A stretch of DNA of 64,000 nt, from positions 96,001 to 160,000 of the forward strand of contig JAYKGY010000019.1 of assembly GCA_035285545.1 (NCBI GenBank). The letters run 5' to 3'. This DNA is from Snowella sp. (GTDB lineage Bacteria; Cyanobacteriota; Cyanobacteriia; Cyanobacteriales; Microcystaceae). Position numbers and translations under genes: made by a program. Positions 11,360-22,482 of the stretch are shown piece after piece. The stretch's first letter is position 1. The number at the start of each line of letters is the position of its first letter. The notes below the pieces were generated by a model. That model did no database searches, had not been told where the DNA came from, and was given only the letters and a program-made list of their open reading frames with translations.

Positions 11360-13267
11360 ATGCTAGAGACGGTCTTCTCTTGCCCTTTAGTCCAAGACCC
11401 CGATCGCTTAGAAAGTCGCCTGAAGGAAATCCCTAACGATCCAGGCGTGTATTTTATGCGGGATAAAACGGGGGATATTCTCTACATTGGTAAAGCCAAA
11501 AAACTCAGAAATCGCGTTCGTTCCTATTTTCGTGACTCGCCTTCCCATAATGCCCGCATTGCCCTGATGGTCAGACAGGTGGCAGAGATAGAGTTTATTG
11601 TCACCGATACGGAATCGGAAGCCTTAGCCTTAGAAGCGAATTTAATTAAGCAGCATCAACCGCATTTTAATATTCTGCTCAAAGATGATAAAAAATATCC
11701 CTATGTTTGCATTACGTGGTCAGAGGATTATCCCCGCATTTTTATTACCCGTAAACGGCGATTAGGCAATGCAAAAGACCGCTACTATGGCCCCTATGTG
11801 GATACACGGCTATTGCGGCAGACTTTGCAGATAATTAAGCGCATTTTTCCCCTTCGTCAACGGCCTCAACCCCTATTTAAAGACCGACCCTGTTTAAATT
11901 TTGATATGGGTCGCTGTCCTGGGGTTTGTCAAAAGTTAATCACACCGGAAGAGTATCGGCAAACGCTACAAAAAGTGGCCATGATTTTTCAGGGGCGATC
12001 GCAGGAATTGACCCATAAACTCCAACAACAAATGGACAAAGCGGCGGAAGAATTACGGTTTGAACAGGCTGCAACCCTACGGGATCAGTTAAATGCCCTG
12101 AATAGCCTCAATGCCGATCAAAAAGTCGCCTTACCCGATGACACCATTTCCAGAGACGCGATCGCCTTAGCCCGTGAGGGACAAAATTGTTCGATTCAAC
12201 TCTTCCAAATTCGGGCAGGTCGCTTAGTGGGGCGTTTAGGATTTTTTGCGGATGGGCAATCGGCTGAATCTGGCGCAATTTTACAACGAGTACTGGAAGA
12301 ACATTACAGCCAGGTTGAATCAGTCGAAATTCCTAGCGAAATTTTAGTACAACACGCCTTGCCCGATGAGGAACTATTGCAACAATGGCTCAGCGATCGC
12401 CGAGGTCGAAAAGTGACGATTATCACACCCCAGCGGCAAACCAAGGCAGAACTGATTGAAATGGTGGAACGCAACGCCCGCTATGAATTGGAACGAACCC
12501 AACGCTTAGCCGAACGGGACTTACGAGCATTAGAAGACTTAGCCGAGATTTTGAGTTTACCCGAACTGCCCAAACGCATTGAAGGTTACGATATTTCCCA
12601 TATCCAAGGCTCAAATGCGGTGGCTTCCCAAGTGGTCTTTATTAATGGCGTTCCTGCGAAACAACATTATCGTCACTATAAAATTAAAAACCCTGAAGTG
12701 ACGATTGGCCATTCCGACGATTTTGCCAGCTTAGCGGAAGTCATTGGTCGCCGTTTTCGTAAGTATGCCCAGCTTCATGAGCCTACGGAGGTTTTAGCCA
12801 ATTCTGAGGAACAAAATCATCAAACCGCCGATTTTCCTGATGTGGTGATGATTGATGGGGGTAAGGGTCAATTATCGGCCGTTGTCGCTGTTTTAGCAGA
12901 AATGAAGCTACTGGATCAGTTAACCGTGATTAGTTTAGCCAAGCAACGGGAAGAGATTTTTGTTCCCAATGAATCCCAGCCCCTACCAACCGATGCCGAA
13001 CAACCAGGCGTACAGCTTTTACGACGAGTACGGGATGAGGCTCACCGTTTTGCCGTCACCTTCCATCGTCAACAACGCTTATCCAACAGTCGGCGATCGC
13101 GGCTAGAGGAAATTCCAGGTCTAGGATTTCAGCGTCAAAAACAACTTCTGGCTCATTTTCATTCTTTGGATTACATTCGAGAAGCATCTTTAAAGCAGTT
13201 AAAACAAGTAGAAGGAATCGGCGATCATCTAGCCAAACAAATTTATGACTACTTCCATCCTAATTAA
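11360..13267 (+). CDS. uvrC: excinuclease ABC subunit C
   Basis: GIY-YIG N-terminus, UVR domain, [15 protein letters not shown], HhH C-terminus. Confidence 0.97.
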   Translation: MLETVFSCPLVQDPDRLESRLKEIPNDPGVYFMRDKTGDILYIGKAKKLRNRVRSYFRDSPSHNARIALMVRQVAEIEFIVTDTESEALALEANLIKQHQPHFNILLKDDKKYPYVCITWSEDYPRIFITRKRRLGNAKDRYYGPYVDTRLLRQTLQIIKRIFPLRQRPQPLFKDRPCLNFDMGRCPGVCQKLITPEEYRQTLQKVAMIFQGRSQELTHKLQQQMDKAAEELRFEQAATLRDQLNALNSLNADQKVALPDDTISRDAIALAREGQNCSIQLFQIRAGRLVGRLGFFADGQSAESGAILQRVLEEHYSQVESVEIPSEILVQHALPDEELLQQWLSDRRGRKVTIITPQRQTKAELIEMVERNARYELERTQRLAERDLRALEDLAEILSLPELPKRIEGYDISHIQGSNAVASQVVFINGVPAKQHYRHYKIKNPEVTIGHSDDFASLAEVIGRRFRKYAQLHEPTEVLANSEEQNHQTADFPDVVMIDGGKGQLSAVVAVLAEMKLLDQLTVISLAKQREEIFVPNESQPLPTDAEQPGVQLLRRVRDEAHRFAVTFHRQQRLSNSRRSRLEEIPGLGFQRQKQLLAHFHSLDYIREASLKQLKQVEGIGDHLAKQIYDYFHPN

Positions 13268-13450
13268 CCCCCTTACTCTTGCCAAAGTGGGAGGCTTTCC
13301 TTGTAAATTCTCAACCCTAATCATTTAAATCATGATTGTGATTATCAACAACAATTAATTGATTTGCCGGATCAGCCAATTGTGCTACCCAATTCACCAG
13401 AAAAATCATTAAATTTAAACATTATTTTTTCGTTAAGCCAGTTATCAACA

Positions 13451-14986
13451 ATGGATTTAAGTCAGCTAATAGAAACCATGCAAAATCGGGAGTTTTATCC
13501 CCATCCGACTTCGACAGAAATTCGAGTGATTCAAACCCATTGCTCAATTGTTTTTTTAACAGGAAATTATGCTTATAAACTGAAGAAAGCGGTTGATTTT
13601 GGCTTTTTGGATTATTCAACCCTAGAGAAACGACACCATTTCCTCCAACAAGAGTTGGTAATGAATCAGCCCCTTGCTCCTGATATTTATCTATCCGTAT
13701 TACCCATTAGTCAAGTCGGCGATCGCTTAATTCTAGACAGCCAAGAAAACATTGTAGAATATGCCTTAAAAATGGCGGAGTTTCCCCAAGCGTCATTGTT
13801 GATTAATTTATTTGAAGCAGGGGAATTACAGGAATTTCATTTACGAGAGTTGGGAAAGATTGTTGCAGATTTTCATTGCAAAACCTTGACAAACGAATAT
13901 ATTAAAAGCTTTGGTCAAATTGAAGTCATTAAAGCATCCATTGACGATAATTATCAAGCAACCCAAAAATATATTGGCATTGCCCAGACCTTAGAACAGT
14001 ATCAAGCCACTCAACAATTTACCGATAATTTTGTTGTTAAAAATCAATCTATTTTTGAAAAGCGTTGTTTAACGGATAAGATTCGAGAATGTCATGGCGA
14101 TTTACACCTTAAAAATATTTGTTACTGGCAAAATAAAATTCAACTATTTGATCGCATTGAATTTAATGAACCCTTTCGGTTTGTGGATGTCATATACGAT
14201 ATTGCCTTTACGGTAATGGATTTAGACGCAAGGGGACGAAACGATTTCAGTAATATTTTTCTGAATACCTATTTAGAACAAACGGGAGATTGGGAAGGGT
14301 TACAAGTTTTACCCTTTTATTTGTGTCGCCAAGCCTACGTTCGAGCCAAAGTTACTTCAATGTTATTGGATGATCCCAATATTGCTGAATCCGAAAAGCA
14401 AGCTGCTCTTGAAACTGCTAAAAATTATTACCAATTAGCCTGGCAATATACTCAATCAACCCAGGGCAAAATTATTTTAATGTCGGGTTTATCGGGTTCG
14501 GGCAAAAGTACCGTTGCGAAATATTTAGCACCTAAAATTAACGCCATTCATCTTCGTTCCGATGCAGTCCGCAAACATTTAGCAGAAATTCCCTTAGATC
14601 AAGCGGGTGATGATAATTTATATTGTCCAGAAATGAGTGAAAAAACCTATCAAAAACTCCTAAATTTAGGGATTTTATTGGCGAAACAGGGTTTTTCTGT
14701 GATTTTAGATGCCAAATATGATCGGACTCAGTGGCGATCGCCGATCATTGAAGCAGCCCAACAAGCCCAAATTCCCCTACAAATTTTTTACTGTCATGCG
14801 CCTATTGAAACCTTACAGACTCGCCTACAAGAAAGAAGGGGAGATATTTCCGATGCAACTCCTGATTTACTAAACTCACAACAAGCTAGTGCTGAACCGT
14901 TTAGTGAACCCGAACAACCCTATGTCATTCCCCTGAATACCCAGGGTGAGGATTGGAAAGTGACCCTTGAGGCTTGGTTAAACTAG
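13451..14986 (+). CDS. aminoglycoside-phosphotransferase-like / AAA_33 P-loop kinase fusion
   Basis: RECHGDLHL and FDRIEFN kinase motifs plus GLSGSGKS Walker A; ATG at 13451 preferred. Confidence 0.88.
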   Translation: MDLSQLIETMQNREFYPHPTSTEIRVIQTHCSIVFLTGNYAYKLKKAVDFGFLDYSTLEKRHHFLQQELVMNQPLAPDIYLSVLPISQVGDRLILDSQENIVEYALKMAEFPQASLLINLFEAGELQEFHLRELGKIVADFHCKTLTNEYIKSFGQIEVIKASIDDNYQATQKYIGIAQTLEQYQATQQFTDNFVVKNQSIFEKRCLTDKIRECHGDLHLKNICYWQNKIQLFDRIEFNEPFRFVDVIYDIAFTVMDLDARGRNDFSNIFLNTYLEQTGDWEGLQVLPFYLCRQAYVRAKVTSMLLDDPNIAESEKQAALETAKNYYQLAWQYTQSTQGKIILMSGLSGSGKSTVAKYLAPKINAIHLRSDAVRKHLAEIPLDQAGDDNLYCPEMSEKTYQKLLNLGILLAKQGFSVILDAKYDRTQWRSPIIEAAQQAQIPLQIFYCHAPIETLQTRLQERRGDISDATPDLLNSQQASAEPFSEPEQPYVIPLNTQGEDWKVTLEAWLN

Positions 14987-15049
14987 AAAAAAGATTTAAC
15001 ATTATCTGCGCTTGTTATACTCAGCAAAGCGAGTTTAGCCCTTTTTGGA

Positions 15050-16516
15050 ATGACAACTCAATTTTTAAATAATCGTTATCAAATTCTGGCGACGTTAGGG
15101 AGAGGGGGTTTTGGAGAAACGTTCTTGGCCATTGATACCCACATGCCGTCTGCCCGTAAGTGTGTCATTAAACAACTCAAACCCTTGGTTGAAGATCCCG
15201 AAATTCCAGAATGGTTAAAGGAGCGTTTTCAAAGAGAAGCCGCTATTTTAGAAGATTTAGGGGAAAATAGCACTCAAATTCCCAGACTATACGCCTATTT
15301 TACAGAAAAAAATAACTTTTATCTGGTTCAGGAGTGGATTGAAGGTTTTACCCTGACCCAAACCCACCAACAACAGGGCAATTTTTCTTCAGAAGCGGTC
15401 GAATCCATTTTAATTAACCTGTTGCCCATTTTAGGGTTTATCCATCAATGTCGCATTATCCACCGCGATATTAAACCCGATAATATTATTCTTCGGACTA
15501 ACGATAATAAGCCCGTTTTAATTGATTTTGGCATTATCAAAGAAGCAATGGGGACGGTGGTTAACCCTGATGGGCGGAGTGCCTATTCAGTTGCGTTGGG
15601 AACGCCGGGTTATATGTCCTCGGAACAGGCGGCGGGTCGTCCTGTCTATTCCAGCGATCTCTACAGTTTGGGATTAACGGCAATTTTTCTGTTAACGGGT
15701 AAAACGCCTCAATATTTAGAGTCAGATTCTCGGACAGGGGAGATTTTGTGGCGTAAGGATGCTCCCCAGGTTTCTCCCCAATTGGCTCAAGTCTTGGATC
15801 AAAGTATTCGTTTTCATCCCCGCGATCGCTTTGCCTCAGCCGAAGAAATGCTAGTGGCTCTAGTCAGCCGTATGCCGCCGAGTCGCTCTGTCCCTCAAAC
15901 CTATCCCACTTCAAACCGGACTGCTGCAACCGTGGCAGTGGGGTCTGCGATGAAACGTTCCCATACCTATTCTCAAGCAACCAATGGGGTAACAACAGAC
16001 TTTGAGGAAGAAGAATCCCAACCAAATCCTTTTATTACTTGGTTTGTCTTACCGCTGATTTTTTTAATTATTATTGTCAGTGGCTTGACCCTGGGCTATT
16101 TACTGGTTAAAAGACAACGGATGCAACCGCCGCCCCCTACGCCGATGGAAAGTGTCCCGACCCCAACCCCAGAAACCTATTCCACCCCAACCCCAACGCC
16201 TCAACCCGTCTTTACACCCACGCCCACGCCTCAACCCGTCTTTACACCGACACCGACCCCAACCCCTGTTCCCACGCCCACACCCACGCCTGAAATCGTT
16301 CCCAGTCCCGACATTCCCCCTAGCCCCGAAAATCCAGAGGTTGTTCCTAGCCCAGTAGAAAGCCTCCCCCCTGAGGCGACACCACTTCCTGAAAATACGC
16401 CGGCGGTCGTCCCTACACCGTCCCCCTCTATTGTTATTCCTCCCCCTGTGCCAACTCCGGTTCCGACGGTTAATATGCCTCCTGCGCCCCCTGCGGGAGA
16501 AAAAACGGTTAATTAA
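15050..16516 (+). CDS. spkC: membrane Ser/Thr protein kinase with Pro-rich tail (SpkC-like)
   Basis: LGRGGFG, HRDIKPDN, DFG, GTPGY motifs; one TM segment; symbol is from recalled similarity to Synechocystis SpkC. Confidence 0.8.
   Translation: MTTQFLNNRYQILATLGRGGFGETFLAIDTHMPSARKCVIKQLKPLVEDPEIPEWLKERFQREAAILEDLGENSTQIPRLYAYFTEKNNFYLVQEWIEGFTLTQTHQQQGNFSSEAVESILINLLPILGFIHQCRIIHRDIKPDNIILRTNDNKPVLIDFGIIKEAMGTVVNPDGRSAYSVALGTPGYMSSEQAAGRPVYSSDLYSLGLTAIFLLTGKTPQYLESDSRTGEILWRKDAPQVSPQLAQVLDQSIRFHPRDRFASAEEMLVALVSRMPPSRSVPQTYPTSNRTAATVAVGSAMKRSHTYSQATNGVTTDFEEEESQPNPFITWFVLPLIFLIIIVSGLTLGYLLVKRQRMQPPPPTPMESVPTPTPETYSTPTPTPQPVFTPTPTPQPVFTPTPTPTPVPTPTPTPEIVPSPDIPPSPENPEVVPSPVESLPPEATPLPENTPAVVPTPSPSIVIPPPVPTPVPTVNMPPAPPAGEKTVN
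16196..16248 (+). repeat. 30-bp-period tandem coding repeat (TPQPVFTP)
   Basis: acgcctcaacccgtctttacacc at 16196 and 16226. Confidence 0.9.
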
Positions 16517-16637
16517 TTGATAATTAATAGTGAATAATTAATAATTTTTAATATATTTAACGAATTGAGGAATTTATGATTTGTTTTTAAAATTTTTAAG
16601 ATTACTTAGTTAATTCACTATGGTTAATTGTTGAATA

Positions 16638-17879
16638 ATGACGCTTGACCCCAATTCTCAGACAAACTCGTCTAGCACTGAGCCTAACCGCACGGCTAAT
16701 CTGCCATCAATCGGGGCAGAAACCTCTTCTCCTTTGATTCCGCCGCGATCGCCGCAACCGCCTTTTTTCAATCGGAAAGTAGAACCCTCTGATCCTTGGT
16801 TGTTGTTAACCGCCCTGGGGTTAATGGGAATTGGCCTAATTTTCCAGTGGATTTGGTTGGGATTTACGGCCTCGATTCTGGTTTTGATGCTCTCGCTTCA
16901 GGTGATTTTACCCTCGGTTCAACGCTGGATTCAACGCTATTTTACGCCCCAGGAACAGCGATCGCTGATTGGGGGAGTAAGTTTGATTTTGGCGATCGCG
17001 GTCTTAGCTAAATACGTCGGATTTTATGATCTCGTCAGTCAATGGCTGACAACTTTTAAATATGATGAATTTGGCTCCTGGGCAGAATGGGTCGGTGCCT
17101 TAGGGCAAATCATGATTGCCGTCTTAGCGGTCTATGTCGCTTGGCAACAGTATGTAATTTCTAAAGATTTAACCATCCAACAAAACCGGATTACCCAACA
17201 ACAAACGATCGATGCCTATTTTCAAGGAATTTCAGACTTAGCCCTCAATGAAGAAGGAATGCTGGAAGATTGGCCCCAGGAACGGGCCTTTGCAGAAGGC
17301 AGAACCGCCGCCATTTTAGCCAGTGTGGATGCGGGAGGAAAAGCCAAAATTTTGCGTTTTTTATCCCAATCGAAGCTTCTTAGCCCAATTCAGCGCGATT
17401 ATTATTTGGGTCGCCCTATTTTTGATGGTTTAGGCGGTTATCAAGAAGACCGGGCCCAGGGAATACGAGTAATTAACTTAGGGGTGATGTTAGTCTCGGC
17501 AGATTTGTCTTATCAGGATTTACGTTGGGTTGATCTCAGTGAGGTTTACTTGATTCGTGCCAATTTAGCCCATACAGATCTCGTCAAAGCCAATTTATCC
17601 CGTACCGTGCTTTATGAGGCCAATTTAGAAAATGCCGATCTAAAAGGCACTCGTTTATTCTATGGTTCGGTTGAAACGGCTAGTCCCCGCGATCGCGTTC
17701 ATCCCCCCAATTATGAAACGGGAGAACATACAGGAGCAGTAATTGAAAAAAGTAATTTAAGCGGTGTAAAAAATATGAGTGAAGAACAACGCTACTACTG
17801 TTGTGCCTGGGGTGGAGAACTTACTCGTAGAACGATTCCTGGCGGTTGTGAAGGAATTACTAATCAATTAGGACGTTGA
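16638..17879 (+). CDS. membrane-anchored pentapeptide repeat protein
   Basis: N-terminal TM segments; A(D/N)Lxx repeats (ADLSY, ANLAH, ANLSR, ANLEN, ADLKG). Confidence 0.85.
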   Translation: MTLDPNSQTNSSSTEPNRTANLPSIGAETSSPLIPPRSPQPPFFNRKVEPSDPWLLLTALGLMGIGLIFQWIWLGFTASILVLMLSLQVILPSVQRWIQRYFTPQEQRSLIGGVSLILAIAVLAKYVGFYDLVSQWLTTFKYDEFGSWAEWVGALGQIMIAVLAVYVAWQQYVISKDLTIQQNRITQQQTIDAYFQGISDLALNEEGMLEDWPQERAFAEGRTAAILASVDAGGKAKILRFLSQSKLLSPIQRDYYLGRPIFDGLGGYQEDRAQGIRVINLGVMLVSADLSYQDLRWVDLSEVYLIRANLAHTDLVKANLSRTVLYEANLENADLKGTRLFYGSVETASPRDRVHPPNYETGEHTGAVIEKSNLSGVKNMSEEQRYYCCAWGGELTRRTIPGGCEGITNQLGR

Positions 17880-17944
17880 GCGAAATACCCCCCATCCCAT
17901 TTTTATGGTAATTTCGATTAGATCATAAAAATTTAAAAGCCTAC

Positions 17945-19297
17945 ATGCCTTCTTCCCTATTCACCCTGACGACGCAATCTTCCCATCAATCCTTAACCAT
18001 CAATCCTCCTTCGACGGGGTTAGCGTTGAGGGGAACCCTTCGTATACCAGGAGATAAATCCATTTCCCATCGTGCATTGATGTTAGGCGCGATCGCAGAA
18101 GGAGAGACGACGATTGAAGGCTTGTTGCTCGGCGAAGATCCCCGCAGTACGGCCAGTTGTTTTCAGGCAATGGGGGCAAAAATTTCAGAATTAAACAGTA
18201 AAAAAATCATTGTTCAAGGAATAGGGCTAGATAAATTACAGGAACCGGCTGATGTTCTCAATGCAGGCAATTCGGGAACCACAATTCGTTTAATGTTGGG
18301 ACTGTTGGCGGCTCAATCAGGCAAATTTTTTACGGTAACGGGAGATAATTCCCTGCGATCGCGGCCCATGTCGCGGGTGATTAAACCATTACAACAAATG
18401 GGAGCAGAAATTTGGGGACGACAACAAAATACGCTGGCTCCCTTAGCAGTTCAAGGAAAAGCGTTAAAACCCATTCATTATCAATCGCCCATTGCCTCGG
18501 CTCAAGTTAAATCCTGCATTTTATTAGCGGGATTAATGACCGAAGGGGAAACGACCGTCACCGAACCGGCTTTATCCCGTGACCACAGTGAACGGATGCT
18601 TCAGGCTTTTGGCGCAAAATTAAGCATTAACCCAGAAACCAACAGTGTGACGATTTTTGGGCCTGCAACCCTACGGGGACAAACCGTTGTCGTTCCAGGC
18701 GATATTAGTTCTGCGGCATTCTGGCTAGTGGCGGCTTCAATTGTGCCGGATTCTGAATTATTAATCGAAAATGTCGGCATTAATCCCACTCGAACCGGCA
18801 TTTTAGAAGTTTTAAAAGAAATGGGAGCCGATATCACGGAAGAAAATTCCCGTATGGTGACAGGTGAACCCGTTGCAGATTTGCGGGTTAAATCCAGTCA
18901 ACTTAAGGCTTGCACGATTCAGGGCGAAATTATTCCTCGACTGATTGATGAAATTCCGATTTTGGCGGTGGCTGCGGCCTTTGCTGAAGGGACGACTCGT
19001 ATTCAAGATGCGGCTGAACTGCGGGTCAAAGAAAGCGATCGCTTAGCAGTCATGGCAAAAGAATTAAATCGAATGGGGGCCAACGTCACGGAATTTCCCG
19101 ATGGATTAGAAATTCAAGGCGGTTTTCAATTAACCGGAGCCGAGGTGGATAGTGATACCGATCATCGCATTGCCATGAGTCTCGCGATCGCGGCCTTGCA
19201 AACTCAGGGAAAGACGACAATCCATCGAGCAGAAGCGGCTGCCGTTTCCTATCCTGAATTCATTGAAACTCTACAGCAAGTTTGTCAGTCTATTTAG
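17945..19297 (+). CDS. aroA: EPSP synthase
   Basis: [30 protein letters not shown] motifs. Confidence 0.97.
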   Translation: MPSSLFTLTTQSSHQSLTINPPSTGLALRGTLRIPGDKSISHRALMLGAIAEGETTIEGLLLGEDPRSTASCFQAMGAKISELNSKKIIVQGIGLDKLQEPADVLNAGNSGTTIRLMLGLLAAQSGKFFTVTGDNSLRSRPMSRVIKPLQQMGAEIWGRQQNTLAPLAVQGKALKPIHYQSPIASAQVKSCILLAGLMTEGETTVTEPALSRDHSERMLQAFGAKLSINPETNSVTIFGPATLRGQTVVVPGDISSAAFWLVAASIVPDSELLIENVGINPTRTGILEVLKEMGADITEENSRMVTGEPVADLRVKSSQLKACTIQGEIIPRLIDEIPILAVAAAFAEGTTRIQDAAELRVKESDRLAVMAKELNRMGANVTEFPDGLEIQGGFQLTGAEVDSDTDHRIAMSLAIAALQTQGKTTIHRAEAAAVSYPEFIETLQQVCQSI

Positions 19298-19481
19298 AAC
19301 AAAGTTTATTTTTTAGTTTTAGTACGGCTTTACTTCAAAACGTTGTAGAGTTCATCACACCACTAGTACAGCGCATTTTTTCTGCGTTTAATAACCAATT
19401 TTTGGGAAAGATTAAGTTCAGGTTAACTTAATTCAAAAACTTTTTCGTTTATAATAATCAATTATTTTTTATTTGTTCAGA

Positions 19482-20375
19482 ATGATATTGCCTTCCCTGA
19501 ATGATTATTTATCTCGCAAGACGTTTGGTAACGTCCTAAAAGAAGGAAGCAATTTAATCAATTCTATAGAAAAGAATAATGATTCATCCTCGTTACTAAT
19601 TAGTATTATTACCGTTGTTTACAACGCAGAAGAACATTTACAGGCAACCATTGAAAGTGTTGTTCAGCAGACCTATCCAAACATCGAATATATTATCGTT
19701 GATGGCGGAAGTACGGACAAAACCCTATCCATTATTAAGTCCTATGAAAACTTTTTAAGTTATTGGATAAGTGAGCCTGATCAGGGTCTTTATGATGCGA
19801 TGAATAAAGGCATTGCCCTGAGTCATGGTTCCCTCATCGGTTTATTAAATGCGGGGGATACCTACCAACCCAACGCGATCGCGACTATTATGGAACGTTG
19901 GCGATCGCAAAATTTTTCTCAGCCGATTATTTTTACAGGAAATTGCCATATTTTGGCGGAAGATCATCAGCATTATTTCTTTGCATCAGGTGACCCCAGC
20001 AGACTGCCATTGCGAATGATTCCCCATGCCGCGGTTTTTGTCAGTAAGTCCGTTTATGAATCCTTGGGATTATTTAATCTCACGCTCAAGATCGCGAGTG
20101 ATTTTGAATTTTTATGCCGCTGTTATCAAGCCAAAATCCCGTTTGACTTTATTGATGAAACCCTTGTACTCACAGAACCCAGGGGTGTATCTGGCAACTA
20201 CTACCGAAGTGAATGGGACTATGCCCAGGTTCGTTTACAGTATGCCTTTATTGCCCCCTGGCAAGCGATCGCCTTAAGTTTATACTCTTTCGTCAGCATT
20301 ACCGTTCATCAGGGTTTAAAAATTCTAGGATTATGGCACTTGATTGAGAAAAGAAGATATGCAGGCTCCCGTTAG
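19482..20375 (+). CDS. glycosyltransferase family 2
   Basis: ISIITVVYN, IVDGGSTD, GLYDAMNKG motifs; start uncertain. Confidence 0.88.
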   Translation: MILPSLNDYLSRKTFGNVLKEGSNLINSIEKNNDSSSLLISIITVVYNAEEHLQATIESVVQQTYPNIEYIIVDGGSTDKTLSIIKSYENFLSYWISEPDQGLYDAMNKGIALSHGSLIGLLNAGDTYQPNAIATIMERWRSQNFSQPIIFTGNCHILAEDHQHYFFASGDPSRLPLRMIPHAAVFVSKSVYESLGLFNLTLKIASDFEFLCRCYQAKIPFDFIDETLVLTEPRGVSGNYYRSEWDYAQVRLQYAFIAPWQAIALSLYSFVSITVHQGLKILGLWHLIEKRRYAGSR

Positions 20376-21162
20376 CGTTGTTATTCCGTGTTATAAATGC
20401 TCCCACACAATTGAACAATCCGTCAGTTCAATTACCAGTCAAACCCTGCTGCCATCGGAAATTATTTTAGTGAATGATGGTAGCCCCGATCAAACACTGG
20501 AAGTATTAAAAAATCTCCAGAATACCTATGGCAAGAACTGGATCAAAATTATTGATCTGCCTCAAAATGTCGGGCCAGGGCAAGCTCGAAATCACGGTTG
20601 GGAAACAGCAACCCAAGAGTACTTAGCCTTTTTAGATGCGGACGACCTTTGGCATTCCCAAAAATTAGAAATTCAATGTACTTGGATGTTAAAGAATCCT
20701 GATATTTCCTTTTCCGGTCATCCTTTTTTTATTTATAAAGATATTCACGATTTAAGCCCTGCCATTTTAAAAGGGTTGAAACAAGAACCGAGAATTATCT
20801 CTAAGACACAGATCTTAAGTTCTAATCCTTTTCCCATGTCTGGCTGGTTATTTAAACGTTCCTTGCAAAAAAAATTTAAACCTTACTATCATTGCGAAGA
20901 CTATCTTTGGTTACTAGAAAGCTTTTTTACCATTCATCAATTAGCTTTTTTTGATTTGCCGCTATGTTATTCTCTAAGAGCACCCTACAGTAAGGGGGGA
21001 CTATCAGGAAATCTTTGGAAAATGGAAAAAGCGGAACTGCTGGTTTATCAAAAAATTTGGAAAGAAAAATATATTTCTTCCCTAGAATATGGCGTAATTA
21101 GTCTCTATTCTTTTGCCAAATATCTTCGTCGTTTACTCTTGACCTTTTTGAATCCTTCTTAA
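20359..21162 (+). CDS. glycosyltransferase family 2
   Basis: VSVVIPCY, VNDGSPD, AFLDADD motifs. Confidence 0.88.
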   Translation: MQAPVSVVIPCYKCSHTIEQSVSSITSQTLLPSEIILVNDGSPDQTLEVLKNLQNTYGKNWIKIIDLPQNVGPGQARNHGWETATQEYLAFLDADDLWHSQKLEIQCTWMLKNPDISFSGHPFFIYKDIHDLSPAILKGLKQEPRIISKTQILSSNPFPMSGWLFKRSLQKKFKPYYHCEDYLWLLESFFTIHQLAFFDLPLCYSLRAPYSKGGLSGNLWKMEKAELLVYQKIWKEKYISSLEYGVISLYSFAKYLRRLLLTFLNPS

Positions 21163-21206
21163 TTAATTTATCTAGCTTATGAAACTCAATTTATTTACGA
21201 GATCAT

Positions 21207-22409
21207 ATGAAAATTCTTCAGATCTGCAATTTGCCAAGCTTTATAAAACAGCATTTGCGCCGCCATATCGATCATCTAACAGCTTTAGGATTCACGGTGG
21301 AAAGTGTTTGTCCCGATGATGTAGAAATTGAAGAATTAAAACAGGAAGGTTATATTGTTCATACCATGGCAATTGATCGTTCGGTTGATCCCATTTCTAA
21401 TTATCAATGCATCGTAAATTTGGTAAAATTGATTAAAAAAAATCATTACGATATTGTCCATGTCCATAATCCGGTCGCGGCGTTATTAGGCAGAATTGCA
21501 GCCAAAATTGCAGGCGTAAAAGCCATTATTTATACTTCTCATGGATTTTATTTCCATGAATTAACCCCACCCCTTCAATACTTGATTTTTTGCAGCATTG
21601 AAATTTTAGCAACCTATATTACAGACCTCATTTTTTCGGTTAACCATGAAGATATTAACGTTTTACTGAAAACGGGTTTATGCTCTAAAAATAAACTCTA
21701 TTATTTAGGAAGCGTTGGGGTTGATCTGAAAAAATTTAATCCTGATCGAATTTCCCTAAGCCATCAGCAACAGTTGCGGCAGTTTTTTAAGATTTCTGAA
21801 CAGGCTTATCCGATCATTGGAACTATCGGAAGAATTAATGAAAAGAAAGGCAGTTTATATTTTATTGAAGCGATTCATGAATTGCGATCGCAATATCCCC
21901 ATATCCAGGCCTTAATTATCGGAGCAGAAGTCAGTTCCGATCCGGATGGTTGTAAAAATCGAGTTTTAGACAGAATCTATGAGCTGAATCTAGCGTCCCA
22001 CATTACCCTAACCGGCTACCAAGAAGAGATTCCTGAACTGCTGAGTCTCATGGATATCTTTACGCTGCCTACGTTTACCCATGAAGGGTTACCCAGTGCT
22101 GTGATTGAAGCGATGGCCATGCAAAAGCCGGTTGTTGCCTCTAACATTCGCGGATGTCGGGAAGCGATTATTCATCAAAAAACGGGATTAATTATTCCCC
22201 CTAAAAATATTCAAGCCTTAGCCGATGCGTTACGACAACTATTGATGAATCCAGAGAAAGCCAAACAAATGGGTCTAGCTGGACGTAAACGAGTGGAAGA
22301 AGAGTATAGTTTACAACTGGTATTAAATCGCTTAACGGATGGCTATGATTCTTTGGGGCTGTCTCATAAAATGGCTACATCAATGATGTATAAGTCTGGT
22401 CAGATCTAG
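21207..22409 (+). CDS. glycosyltransferase family 4 (GT-B fold)
   Basis: IVHVH, GRINEKKG, EGLPSAVIEAMA motifs. Confidence 0.9.
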   Translation: MKILQICNLPSFIKQHLRRHIDHLTALGFTVESVCPDDVEIEELKQEGYIVHTMAIDRSVDPISNYQCIVNLVKLIKKNHYDIVHVHNPVAALLGRIAAKIAGVKAIIYTSHGFYFHELTPPLQYLIFCSIEILATYITDLIFSVNHEDINVLLKTGLCSKNKLYYLGSVGVDLKKFNPDRISLSHQQQLRQFFKISEQAYPIIGTIGRINEKKGSLYFIEAIHELRSQYPHIQALIIGAEVSSDPDGCKNRVLDRIYELNLASHITLTGYQEEIPELLSLMDIFTLPTFTHEGLPSAVIEAMAMQKPVVASNIRGCREAIIHQKTGLIIPPKNIQALADALRQLLMNPEKAKQMGLAGRKRVEEEYSLQLVLNRLTDGYDSLGLSHKMATSMMYKSGQI

Positions 22410-22482
22410 ACAGGATTAGAGAGAAGGTGATATGACATTTAAGTAACTGATGGGATAACTTTTGAGGAACAGGAAAACAACA

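Noticed and set aside
16513..16560. AT-rich heptamer-like repeats (also ~59678-59712)
   Set aside because: Degenerate low-complexity intergenic repeats common in cyanobacteria; no array structure
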